A stretch of 64,000 nt of DNA from a virus, in IMG/VR virus record IMGVR_UViG_3300042402_002841, positions 1 to 64,000 of that record; one strand, 5' to 3'. The notes under the pieces were generated by a model. It did not search any database. It had not been told where the DNA came from and saw nothing but the letters and a program-made list of their open reading frames with translations. Of this stretch, positions 9,806 through 19,290 are shown piece by piece. The stretch's first letter is position 1, and the number at the start of each line of letters is the position of its first letter. Made by a program: the position numbers and the translations under genes.

Positions 9806-10151
9806 CAACTGTGAAACCGAAGTTCCTGATGAACTCGGTGACTACACATACGGTCTTTACCTAGACAGCGTTGCAATGGGTTACTACGGTGGCTTTATTG
9901 ACAACTTCCCGCCGAGCGAGAGCCCAGCGTTTTGGATTTGTCACGATTGCGTGGTCAAGGTCATTGAGGTTCTTCCCAAGTTGCGTGGATACCTTAGTGG
10001 TGGACACCCAAACATCAACTGGGAAAGCGGAGACGGAGACGGGACTGCCTACGAACCGTGCTGTCCATGCGCTTGGACATGGAAAGACGGACAGACCTAT
10101 CAGGTCGGCGCAGACGGAAAATGGGAAAAGAAACACGACAACGAGTTGTAA
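9795..10151 (+). CDS. Cys-rich hypothetical protein
   Basis: CSNC, CHDC and CCPC motifs; start uncertain. Confidence 0.6.
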   Translation: MKCSNCETEVPDELGDYTYGLYLDSVAMGYYGGFIDNFPPSESPAFWICHDCVVKVIEVLPKLRGYLSGGHPNINWESGDGDGTAYEPCCPCAWTWKDGQTYQVGADGKWEKKHDNEL

Positions 10152-10180
10152 TTAGTACCTACTACCTATAATATGGTGGT

Positions 10181-10489
10181 ATGACTGATTACATCTACTA
10201 CAACAACCTAACCGACACACAACTGCTTGACCTCATTGACGAGCACTACTACTCCATTGGCGCAACTGGCGCACAGGCGTTAGAGGCATTGCGTGAGGAC
10301 ATTCCTGCTTGGGAGACCAAGCACGGCGTACCACAGGCTCGTATGGAAATCGTCTTGGGGTGGTTTGAGAACTCTCTCATTGAGCGTGGGCTACTTGATG
10401 TGGTCGCTGGTCTTATCGTTGGTAAGCCAATGACACGCAAAATGAAGGTTGGTCGTTTCGCACGAATGATTAGAAAGGTTGGTCGCTAA
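10181..10489 (+). CDS. hypothetical protein (leaderless)
   Basis: ATG 35 nt after the promoter. Confidence 0.65.
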   Translation: MTDYIYYNNLTDTQLLDLIDEHYYSIGATGAQALEALREDIPAWETKHGVPQARMEIVLGWFENSLIERGLLDVVAGLIVGKPMTRKMKVGRFARMIRKVGR

Positions 10490-10706
10490 TGCGTAAGCAC
10501 ATGGCTCAGCGCCGTTGGACACCTGAAGAACGGCAACTCTACATTGACGGTGTGGGTAGACCTCGTGCCTCAACCATTCCATGCGCCAAACGGAAACAAA
10601 ACCGTCTAGCGTGTAGAAAATGGAAATGATTACCTTTTATGTTGTTGGAAGTTTCTTCTTCCTTTTCTTTGCTTTTTGGATAAAGAACGGATAACTTCGG
10701 GGCTCT

Positions 10707-10895
10707 ATGGCGCGATACAAATGCGAAATCTGCGATGAAGAGATTGACCCGAAGGGGAGTACTACACTCAGGCTTTTGACTGGCTGGGTGAAGGGCGCAT
10801 CAAACACAATCAAGCAAACCGAAACAAACCATTACCGCTTTGTTCATGAGTTCTGTCAGCCCCGAGCAGACGAGAACCAACTACCTTTGTTCTAA
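10707..10895 (+). CDS. small zinc-finger protein
   Basis: CEIC...HEFC; ends QLPLF, resembling a beta-clamp binding motif. Confidence 0.55.
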   Translation: MARYKCEICDEEIDPKGSTTLRLLTGWVKGASNTIKQTETNHYRFVHEFCQPRADENQLPLF

Positions 10896-10949
10896 ATAAA
10901 TCTTTCTAGCGAGGTTGTCTTTTCTACCTCATACCGATACATTGGTCTT

Positions 10950-11258
10950 ATGAACAACATTACAATGACAGACAAGGAGTTGCTGGTAGACGGCAACCCT
11001 GTCGCAACAATAAAAGACTTTGACAGATTGCGTGAAGCACTTTTATCAAAACTCACACGAGTAGAGGCTGTGTATCTTGCTGTTGCCTTGATAGGAGAGG
11101 CACGAACTAGCGAGGTAGCAGACTACTTGGAAATGGATAAGGCAAATGCTACGAAGCGTCTGATGATGTTGGAAGAAGAAGGTCGTGTGCTTATCGCTGA
11201 TGAGTCTCGCAACTCGGGGCATAGAGGTCGCCCCTCACGAGTGTGGACTGTAAAATAA
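10950..11258 (+). CDS. winged-HTH transcription regulator
   Basis: ARTSEVADYLEMDKANATKRLMMLEEEGRV...RGRPSRVW. Confidence 0.75.
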   Translation: MNNITMTDKELLVDGNPVATIKDFDRLREALLSKLTRVEAVYLAVALIGEARTSEVADYLEMDKANATKRLMMLEEEGRVLIADESRNSGHRGRPSRVWTVK

Positions 11259-11306
11259 TTTATCGGTCAGGTTGTTTTTTATACCTACTACCTGTAATAT
11301 GAAAGT

Positions 11307-11411
11307 AACGACAAAGTAGTTGCGTTCAGTAGGCAAGCAGTAAGCCCTACTCGCCCCAGCGAAATAAGTCGCAGAGACCCCACCTGCTTACCCTTCACAG
11401 GTGGGGTCTCT
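11307..11411 (+). ncRNA. putative small RNA
   Basis: Conserved promoter (11272) with no ORF; stems CGAC/GTCG and AGTAGG/CCTACT; ends in a 13-bp hairpin. Confidence 0.5.
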
Positions 11412-11592
11412 CCCTTTCCGCCACCGTACATAGATTAGAAACACTTATTTTTGGGCGGTTGCCCCGATTGTGTTTTTGCGTTTCTGACCCTTGGGTCTGC
11501 GGATAATTTAGTTGCACACTACAAGTAAATGTTTCACGCGAAACATTTTGGGCGAGGTTGGTTTTGGTACTTACTACCTGTATCTTGAAAGT

Positions 11593-11877
11593 ATGGCAGT
11601 TAGTCAAGCCGAGCGAAATACGCAGGCGAATGTTTCACATGAAACATTGTTGTTAGTATTGGAGAACCGAGTGCAATCCGCACAAGGTGCAACACGAGCA
11701 TGGGCAGAACAGATGGTCTCCTATGTAACCAAAGCGACCCAGCAGGGCATGACAGCCCACTGGGCACGAGTCATTCAGCAGTGCGCAACTTCGCTCGCTG
11801 AGGCGGCGACCAAAGAGGAAGCGCTCACCGAAATCCTGCGAGGGCTAAAGGGAGAACACGCTCTCCACCTCGGTTAG
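11593..11877 (+). CDS. hypothetical helical protein (leaderless)
   Basis: ATG 35 nt after the promoter at 11558. Confidence 0.65.
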   Translation: MAVSQAERNTQANVSHETLLLVLENRVQSAQGATRAWAEQMVSYVTKATQQGMTAHWARVIQQCATSLAEAATKEEALTEILRGLKGEHALHLG

Positions 11878-11961
11878 TCGGGTCGGGTCGGGTGGGAAAC
11901 TGCCCGACCCAATCTCGGCGGTCAGGTTGGTTTTACGACCTACTACCGATAACATGAAATT

Positions 11962-12123
11962 ATGAATGAGACAGAAGGTAAGACAATGGAAACTTGGGAC
12001 AAGGTCATTGAGGACATCGCAGACAAGAAAGCGAAGAACGAAGAAATTGACGCAGTGCTTGAAAAACATAAAATTACTGAGCGTGAGTTGCTAGTTGCAA
12101 TTTGGGAGAAAGCGAAATCGTGA
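11962..12123 (+). CDS. 53-aa hypothetical protein (leaderless)
   Basis: ATG 35 nt after the promoter at 11927. Confidence 0.6.
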   Translation: MNETEGKTMETWDKVIEDIADKKAKNEEIDAVLEKHKITERELLVAIWEKAKS

Positions 12124-12419
12124 GATTCCACGAACGACTCAAGTTGCGCCAAGAAACGGAAGCAAAGTTGCGTCGTGAGGAGAAACGGCGCAAACGGAAC
12201 TGGAAGCGAACTGCTGGGCTCCCAGCGTTCTGCTATTCCTGTAAAAAAGAGATGACTTACAAGGAACTTTTTTCACGCAACGCAGGTCGTCAGAACCCGC
12301 ACGGAAAGAACAACCGTTGTGAGAAGTGCTTTGATGCGGAGTTGAACAGCCCAGCAGATGACTTTGGAGGGGGAGAGAACTACGCAGGGGAAGAAATTTG
12401 GTGGAAACTCGCACCATGA
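12102..12419 (+). CDS. zinc-finger hypothetical protein
   Basis: CYSC...CEKC; start uncertain. Confidence 0.5.
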   Translation: MGESEIVRFHERLKLRQETEAKLRREEKRRKRNWKRTAGLPAFCYSCKKEMTYKELFSRNAGRQNPHGKNNRCEKCFDAELNSPADDFGGGENYAGEEIWWKLAP

Positions 12420-12641
12420 TAGAAGCCGACATTCTTGGACTCATACTCCGCTACTTGGAAGTTCCAGAGATGCGTATGGATACCTCAAAGAAAGAGAACC
12501 TTCTTTGGTTACAACGCAACTTACCTATCAACAACGGGGCTACCCCTGAGGTGGAACGAGCCCTGACACTAATACGACACAAACTCAAAACTTTTTCGTA
12601 GACAGGTTGTTTTTAGTACCTACTACCGATAATCTAAAAGT

Positions 12642-12899
12642 ATGTCAGTTACTATTGAAACACCAACAGGTAGCGTCACAGTCACTTCAACAGGTGACTT
12701 TGTCTGTTACAACGCAAAATCCGAAGCAATCACCACTTGGGTCTATCAAGGACTTCACAACGCTCTCGCCGTTGTTTGGGGTGACAAGATGTACACATAC
12801 CTAGATGTTGAGTTCTCCGAAATTCACGCAATGATGTCGGCAGATAGCCTCGGTAAATTTATCAACGAAGAAATCAAGCCAAAGCACAAATTCTTCTAA
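12642..12899 (+). CDS. KTSC domain protein (second copy)
   Basis: YTYLDV...AMMSADSLGKFINEEIKPKH. Confidence 0.7.
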   Translation: MSVTIETPTGSVTVTSTGDFVCYNAKSEAITTWVYQGLHNALAVVWGDKMYTYLDVEFSEIHAMMSADSLGKFINEEIKPKHKFF

Positions 12900-12959
12900 C
12901 AGTTCCCACTCACAACAAGAACCCACCTGCCAACTCGGTAGGTGGGTTTCTTACTGCCT

Positions 12960-13211
12960 CTACTCGGTTGTGTCGGGGCTCAGACCACGCATGGTCATGT
13001 AGCAGTCGTTGAGCGCATGGAACAAGTCTGAGTGACTATCGCTTTCAGCAACTGTCTGTCCATTGTTTGTAATCGTGACCGTCCACAGCCCAGCGTTGCG
13101 AGCAAAGTTCATATCGCAACCCCATATCGTGAAGAAACGGCAGTATTGCTCAATGTCGTAGCCACTTACGGTTGGCGGTTGTGATGAGTATGTACCCCAA
13201 GAAATTGGCAT
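12960..13211 (-). CDS. hypothetical protein
   Basis: ORF opposing its neighbours and converging on the hairpin at 12918-12952. Confidence 0.45.
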   Translation of the reverse strand: MPISWGTYSSQPPTVSGYDIEQYCRFFTIWGCDMNFARNAGLWTVTITNNGQTVAESDSHSDLFHALNDCYMTMRGLSPDTTE

Positions 13212-13313
13212 GGGCAAACAGTAACACACGGGGCCCCTGACTGCGAAGAAAAAAAGTCAATAAAGTTGTGCGGTCAGGTTGTTTATTGTACCTACTACCG
13301 ATAAATTGAAGAT

Positions 13314-13724
13314 ATGACAGCAACAACAGCCGAGCGTATTACGCAGGCGAAAGTCCACTACGATTACCGTCAGGTCACTTATGTATGGCAGAACCCTGTC
13401 CTAGATAAAGACTGGGACGGAACCCCTGCAGGCGAGCAGGTGGAGTTGTGTTTCGCACACGACCCCAAGCGCAAGCAATACACAGCGACCATTCGCCTAG
13501 TGTGGTGGCAACCCAACGACCGAGGTTTCACCGTCACCATGTACGCACCATTTGACGGAGTGACCTACCCGTCCTCACGGTTTCACAACGAGTCTGTCGC
13601 CCGATACGGCGAGAAGTCATTTGAGAACTTTCAGTTTGAGACTCTCGGACTAATCGCAGACCTTGACCTTGCCACTAGCGAGACAGTCCTCGCAAAGTTG
13701 CTGAAGAAAGTCCTGTCGTTCTAG
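13314..13724 (+). CDS. hypothetical protein (leaderless)
   Basis: ATG 35 nt after the promoter; terminator hairpin follows. Confidence 0.7.
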   Translation: MTATTAERITQAKVHYDYRQVTYVWQNPVLDKDWDGTPAGEQVELCFAHDPKRKQYTATIRLVWWQPNDRGFTVTMYAPFDGVTYPSSRFHNESVARYGEKSFENFQFETLGLIADLDLATSETVLAKLLKKVLSF

Positions 13725-14100
13725 TTCCCCTCATCAGGTGACTCCCCTGCCTACATGGTGGGGGAGTTCACTTGGGGCAAACGCTGGGCTACTGAACACG
13801 CAGTCGCAAGTCCTTTCCGCCACCGTACATGGATTAGGAAACACACATTCCTGCCCCCTTCCAACTCAGGGGTGACTTCCTGTGAGAGAGACCCTGCCCT
13901 AATCGGGTGGGGTTTCTTTTTTATCCCCGTGTCGGCAGCCCAGGATTTCGTCTAGCGCAACTGGGAACCCTGGGCTCCCCGCGCGAGCGCAGGCGCAGGG
14001 GTGTGGGCGCAGAGAAGGTTGCGTAAAAAAATGTTGGTGGCAGGTTGTTTTTTGTACTTGCTACCTGTATTATGGACTTATGAGTGGGAAGGAGGTGAAA

Positions 14101-14244
14101 ATGAATAAGTCACATCGTGTGGCGATGGCGCAGGCTCTCTTGGCAGAGTTGTCTGAAGCCACTGCACGCTACGGTGCGAACAATGACGGTGTCCGCCGTC
14201 TCCACCGTTTGGTGCGAGACATGGTCGCCCAGTTGCTCGCCTAA
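14101..14244 (+). CDS. 47-aa helical protein, paralog of 6838-6981
   Basis: MNKSHRVAMAQALLAELSEATARYGANNDGVRRLHRLVRDMVAQLLA. Confidence 0.75.
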   Translation: MNKSHRVAMAQALLAELSEATARYGANNDGVRRLHRLVRDMVAQLLA

Positions 14245-14501
14245 GGCGGTCAAGCACACTTGAGTCGGACTCGGCGCTCGGAGGGGCGTGGCAACAGAAC
14301 CCTCACGGCGGGCTCACCCTTTGGGGTGGGCTTTTTGCTTGCCCCCGTTCGGGAGCCCAGCATCTCGCCTTTCGGGGGGTTGCGCAAGCGAAAACGCTGG
14401 GCTGTTTGTTTGCGCAGAAACTAGCAAGCAGGCTTGGTAAGTTGCTCAAAAAAATCTTCCGCAAGGTTGTTTTTTGTCCTTACTACCGATAATATGAAGG
14501 T

Positions 14502-14627
14502 ATGGGATTACTACCTTTCAAAGACCAAGAAGAATACGATGCCTACTTTAGTAGGTGCTTAGAATGCGAGCAGGCAGATAGCGTGTTCTGTGACGAGTGC
14601 GAAGATAAGAAAGACGAGGAGGAATAG
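14502..14627 (+). CDS. 41-aa Cys-rich acidic peptide (leaderless)
   Basis: CLEC...CDEC; ATG 35 nt after the promoter. Confidence 0.6.
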   Translation: MGLLPFKDQEEYDAYFSRCLECEQADSVFCDECEDKKDEEE

Positions 14628-14753
14628 CCGTGACGACCTTTCTAGTTCTATACATGGGTGCGGGTGTAGGTGTGACAGCCTTGCTTGCAACCTTCCTAGC
14701 GAAATAGCCCAAAACCTACTTGACCAGCCCAGCAATTGTGGCTAGTATCACTA

Positions 14754-14824
14754 ACAGACCTCACCACACCCCCACTCATGAGGCGATAGATGCCCCCGAC
14801 CTGAAAATGGTTGAGGGGCATTTG
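14754..14824 (+). ncRNA. putative ~70-nt sRNA with C-rich loop
   Basis: TTGACC-17-TAGTAT promoter (14720-14748); hairpin CCTCA-ccacacccccactca-TGAGG; terminal hairpin ATGCCCC...GGGGCAT. Confidence 0.5.
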
Positions 14825-14964
14825 TCGTATTATGGGTAGATGACAAATGAAAACGCTGGGCTCCCGCCTGAGGAAAAAAAGAAGAAAAAGAACAAGCCAC
14901 GCTTCTTGCAGAAAAAACCCAAGCGAGGTTGTCGTACCTGCCTATAACCTATATCCTCAGAATC

Positions 14965-15285
14965 ATGTTAGCAAAAGATGCAGAAAACTTTGACCCAAGC
15001 GAAGTGGCGGTCAAGCCTCTAACACGAGACGACATTCAGGAACATCTTGATGCGTTAGGAGAGACAGCACTTTTGATGGATGGGTTTGACGAAGCACTCA
15101 TCGGGTTTTCACAGCGCATCAACGCCCCGTTTCTTGCCGTGTACTCATGGGAAAAGATGATGGATGTCTGTATGGAGCGTGACGGAATGACTTGGGAAGA
15201 AGCAGAGGAGTACATTAGTTTCAACTGCATCGGGGCTTGGGTCGGTGAGCAGACTCCGATAATCGTTATGCCCGTAGTTTTCTAG
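14965..15285 (+). CDS. conserved phage hypothetical protein
   Basis: DGFDEALIG...DGMTWEEAEEYISFNCIGAWVGEQTP family pattern. Confidence 0.75.
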   Translation: MLAKDAENFDPSEVAVKPLTRDDIQEHLDALGETALLMDGFDEALIGFSQRINAPFLAVYSWEKMMDVCMERDGMTWEEAEEYISFNCIGAWVGEQTPIIVMPVVF

Positions 15286-15339
15286 GTAAATTTTACTCAC
15301 CATGTTGCAATAGGTACTTACTACCTGTAATATGAATGT

Positions 15340-15513
15340 ATGAACGAAACTCAAGTCGTCACAAAAAAGCCAAAGGCTTGGCGTAATGGTCGGTACTATT
15401 ACTGCCTAAGCCATAGCACGAAGCAGGTCATTGACCACGAAGTTATCTACGAAGGTGACACCGCCCTATGGGAAGGTCGCAAGTGCGACTGGTGTAAAGC
15501 AGGTCTGAAATGA
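15340..15513 (+). CDS. small Cys/His protein (leaderless)
   Basis: CLSH...CDWC. Confidence 0.6.
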   Translation: MNETQVVTKKPKAWRNGRYYYCLSHSTKQVIDHEVIYEGDTALWEGRKCDWCKAGLK

Positions 15514-15769
15514 AAGACTGGACACAAGAAGAAGTAGAAGCCTACGATGACTTCATGGAGTCATGGGCGAACTCACACATGTGTGACCAGCAAGAAGATG
15601 ATGACCGATAAGCCCCCTTTGGCTCTTCACCTAAAAGGTAGGAATGGTATTTTGCAAACCTATGACGGGGCTACTCCTTGCGTAGTTACCGCATGTGGTT
15701 GGGTAAATCCACCCGAAGATAGAATGGCGTCTGACATTAGTGAGACGACCTGCGTTTTGTGTTTAGAAA

Positions 15770-16012
15770 ATGCTTACTGACAGCCCATACGAGATGTTTA
15801 TAGAGCGAGTGTATGCCTCTTACGAACACCCAGCAAACACTAAAAACATTGGACAGGTTTTCTTCACAAAGTTGAATAAAGAGCGCCCCGCTATCGCATC
15901 TCGTATTAAAGACACCATGTTTGACCCACGCAAAAGCGACTTCCTCCACCCGAAGATTGTTGATACAGTTCGCTTGCAATGGGAAGAAGAAGACAACCTC
16001 TCATCTGACTGA
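15770..16012 (+). CDS. hypothetical protein
   Basis: GQVFFTKL...RPAIASRIKDTMFDP pattern. Confidence 0.6.
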   Translation: MLTDSPYEMFIERVYASYEHPANTKNIGQVFFTKLNKERPAIASRIKDTMFDPRKSDFLHPKIVDTVRLQWEEEDNLSSD

Positions 16013-16084
16013 TGGACTCGGGGCTCCTACACAAAGAGTTCCACTCAGGTTGTGATTCGTACTTACTGCCGATATCATGGAAGT

Positions 16085-16248
16085 AAGTGGAAGTGAAAGC
16101 GGATACTGGTGGAAAAGGCTGACGCCAACCGAAAGGTTGGAGGTTATGCGGTGAACAAACATAATCAAAGCAGACCACACAACAATTAGTTTCTGCTAAC
16201 GGGAAACGGGAAACAAACCTCACGAGAAATCGTGGGGTTTTTTCTTTT
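16085..16248 (+). ncRNA. putative small RNA
   Basis: Conserved promoter (16050); no ORF longer than about 12 aa seen on +; CCAACC-GAAA-GGTTGG hairpin; U-tailed terminator. Confidence 0.5.
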
Positions 16249-16598
16249 ATCCACCCACGCACAGCCCAGCGTTTTAGATTGCTGTTTCCAACGGTTGTGT
16301 AATTGCTTTCCGCCACCGTAAATGGATTAGGGATAACACATTCGCCTTTTCGGCGCACACGACACTCATTTGTTTATTTTATTGGTTTTGTTTTAGGGAT
16401 GGTTTCTGGCTCGGTTTTTCTGGTTCTGGCAGCCCAGCCTTTCTACTTCCCTGAACTCAGAACCCTGGGCTCCCCGCGCGCGGGCGAGCAAGCAAAAAAG
16501 TGATGGGGTAAGTTTCAGAAAAAAATGTAGTCGGCAGGTTGTTTTTTGTACCTTCTACCGATAAAGTGGAAGTACAAGTGGGATGGAGGTGAAAAATT

Positions 16599-16742
16599 AT
16601 GGAAAATGAATGCACATGTGCAGGTGACCCTGCGCTCGCCTGCACGGGCGAGGTCGTCATGCGTGCGGTGGGGTTCCCTGCGGAGCCTGAGCCGTTCTGC
16701 GTGGCGCATTGGGAGCAGACCCTAGACGCACTGGGGCTCTAG
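16599..16742 (+). CDS. 47-aa Cys-rich peptide
   Basis: GGAGGTGA SD; MENECTCAGDPALAC...FCVAHW; UUCG hairpin follows. Confidence 0.6.
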   Translation: MENECTCAGDPALACTGEVVMRAVGFPAEPEPFCVAHWEQTLDALGL

Positions 16743-17049
16743 TCCTCGTGCGTTGTCCCCACCTTCGGGTGGGGACTCTCGCCATGCCCCCGTTCGGGCA
16801 GCCCCGTCGCTCCCTTTCAAGCAGTCAATGCGAACATCAAACCAACCTGAAGTTCACGCCAAAAGTCATTTGGGAAGCCCAGCCTTTCATCTTCACGCAA
16901 GTCAAACTGCTGGGCTCTTGGGTGCACCGCAAAAACCGCAATAAAGTTTCGCAAAAAAATGTTGTAGCAAAGTTGTTATTGGTACTTACAACCTATAACA
17001 TGGGTGTTGTTGGGAATCCCCCCAACCTCGTCCTGAAAGGGGACACTCC

Positions 17050-17271
17050 TTGTCCAAATCCACAGCCCTTCGCTTTTCTTTAGCGACACTTCTATCTCGG
17101 CTCTCATTCCGAGTTTGTCCGTTAGAGTTCAAACGCCGTTTCTGTGAAGAAGTGGAAGAACTCATTGAGGACATGGAACCACTCAACAACTGGACGCCCA
17201 ACGAGTGGGAAACTTGGTCAGCAGACGGAACACGACGCCTACCTGCTGGCGGTCGCACAGGGCGCTTCTGA
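17050..17271 (+). CDS. hypothetical protein
   Basis: TTG start; SD lies inside hairpin GTCCT-GAAA-GGGGAC; terminator at 17298-17333. Confidence 0.4.
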   Translation: MSKSTALRFSLATLLSRLSFRVCPLEFKRRFCEEVEELIEDMEPLNNWTPNEWETWSADGTRRLPAGGRTGRF

Positions 17272-17382
17272 CGATAAGCCCTCACCCCACAACAGAGACC
17301 CCGTGCGAGTTCCCTCCCTCGCACGGGGTTTTCTGCTGTCTGCCCCCGAACGAAACAGCAAACGCTGGGCTATGATGCAGGC

Positions 17383-19290
17383 GTGAAACAACTCAAACTT
17401 GATGACGACCACCTAGTTCTTGACTTTCCATACGACCCAAGCGAAGTGGCTCAGGTGAAGGGGATAAAAGGTGCGAAGTGGGACAAGGTATCCCGTGTGT
17501 GGCGAGTGCCGATGTCAAGCCTCACAGAGGCAAGAGAGTTCGCTCAGACGCACGGCTTTGAGATAGACACCGAGGTACTGCTGTTCACCTTGCCAGCCCC
17601 CAAGAACGAAAAACGGGGCGTCACGGCCATCGGAAACTGGCTGATGATGTCCTTTGGGTACGACAGAGTAATGGTTCAGTCAGTCAAACAAGTTCCAGGA
17701 GTTACATGGGACAACAAAACCCACTCGTGGCGAGCCCCGATGACAAGTATCGCCGAGGTAGTGAAGTGGGCTGACACCTTCAAACAACCCGTACCTGAAG
17801 ATGTGCGACAAATGCTTACAGAAATAAACAACTCCATGTCAGAACTCAGTAATGCTTCTCGTCAAACTGACGCTGAACTGGAAGTTGCTGGGCTCCCGCT
17901 TCTTCCGTATCAACGAGCAGGAGTTGCATACGCTTCAAACGCACGGAGAACTTTCATCGCTGATGAGATGGGCTTGGGTAAAACACTACAAGCCATTGCG
18001 ACACTGGAGTATGTCTCCGACTCATATCCAGCCGTTGTCGTGTGCCCCGCAACACTCGTACTCAACTGGAAAGCCGAATACAACAGGTGGCTCCCACACA
18101 GAACTGTCAAGGTCGTAACCGACAGGAAGGAGTTCCCTTCTGACTATGATGTGGTCGTTATTGGTTATTCTAACATTAGTAACTGGGAAAAGCAACTTTT
18201 GAACCACAAATCTTATGTGTTTGACGAAAGCCATTACTGCAAGACCCCTAAAGCACAACGAACAAAGAGTGCGGTAAAGATTGCAAAATCAGCCCCGAAA
18301 GATGGCATCGTACTGTGTCTTACGGGAACTCCAGTTACCAACCGACCTGCCGAATACGCAAGCCAACTCAACATCATCGGGAAGTTAGACAAGTTTGGTG
18401 GAGAGTGGGGCTTCTACAGACGCTATTGCGGGGCCTTTAAGGACAAATGGGGACAATGGCATCTTGATGGTCACTCAAACTTGGATGAACTCAACGAGCG
18501 ACTTCGTTCCACTTGCTACATCAGACGCACTAAAGAGCAGGTTCTTACCGAACTGCCACCCGTTTTGCACAACCCTGTTCTGGTTGACGGGACTGCGGCG
18601 GGATTAAAAGAATACAAAAAAGCAGAAGCAGACATCGTTGCATACCTCGTTCAGCGAGCAAAGGAAATCGCTCAAGAACTTGGACTTAACCCGAACTCGG
18701 CTGCGGTTGTAGCAAAAATCAAAGCAGAGTCAAACCAGCATCTTGTCCGTCTATCCGTACTTCGCCGTTTGTCAGCCAAAGCAAAAATGCCAGCAATCAA
18801 GGAGTGGGTGGAGTCCCGTGTTGCCGACGGAAAGAAAGTCGTAATCGCTGCGCACCACAGGGATGTAGTAGACGAACTAGCACTTGCATTTGGCAACCTG
18901 CGTATTCAAGGGGGAATGGACATTACTGACATTGAGGAACAGAAGCGCAAGTTTATTGAACTTCCATGTGAAGAAGCGCCAGTCATTGTTCTCTCAATCC
19001 AAGCGGCAAAAACGGGGCACAACCTTCAGATTGCACAAGATGTACTTTTTGTGGAACTTCCTTGGACACCTGCTGATGTAGACCAAACTTATAGTCGGTG
19101 CCACAGGCTTGGACAGAAGTCTTCCGTCACCGCTACTTATTTGTTATGTGATGGAACCATAGATGAGGACATCTACTCACTGATTGAACGCAAGCGTGGT
19201 GTTGTCAATCAGGCTGTTGATGGCGGTGGCCCCGCTGATGAAGACAACTCTGTTCAAGAATTGCTGTTCAAATATCTAAATAAAGGGTAA
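17383..19290 (+). CDS. SNF2-family helicase with two N-terminal HARP-like domains (SMARCAL1-like)
   Basis: ADEMGLGKT, DESH, LTGTP and QTYSRCHRLGQ motifs; two FxYD...VKxxxGxxWD...W repeats. Confidence 0.85.
   Translation: MKQLKLDDDHLVLDFPYDPSEVAQVKGIKGAKWDKVSRVWRVPMSSLTEAREFAQTHGFEIDTEVLLFTLPAPKNEKRGVTAIGNWLMMSFGYDRVMVQSVKQVPGVTWDNKTHSWRAPMTSIAEVVKWADTFKQPVPEDVRQMLTEINNSMSELSNASRQTDAELEVAGLPLLPYQRAGVAYASNARRTFIADEMGLGKTLQAIATLEYVSDSYPAVVVCPATLVLNWKAEYNRWLPHRTVKVVTDRKEFPSDYDVVVIGYSNISNWEKQLLNHKSYVFDESHYCKTPKAQRTKSAVKIAKSAPKDGIVLCLTGTPVTNRPAEYASQLNIIGKLDKFGGEWGFYRRYCGAFKDKWGQWHLDGHSNLDELNERLRSTCYIRRTKEQVLTELPPVLHNPVLVDGTAAGLKEYKKAEADIVAYLVQRAKEIAQELGLNPNSAAVVAKIKAESNQHLVRLSVLRRLSAKAKMPAIKEWVESRVADGKKVVIAAHHRDVVDELALAFGNLRIQGGMDITDIEEQKRKFIELPCEEAPVIVLSIQAAKTGHNLQIAQDVLFVELPWTPADVDQTYSRCHRLGQKSSVTATYLLCDGTIDEDIYSLIERKRGVVNQAVDGGGPADEDNSVQELLFKYLNKG

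Noticed and set aside
16114-16145. CTGACG...GAAA as a hammerhead ribozyme
   Set aside because: The core should be CUGANGA-stem-GAAA. Here GAAA is a tetraloop, and the required A and stem III are missing.
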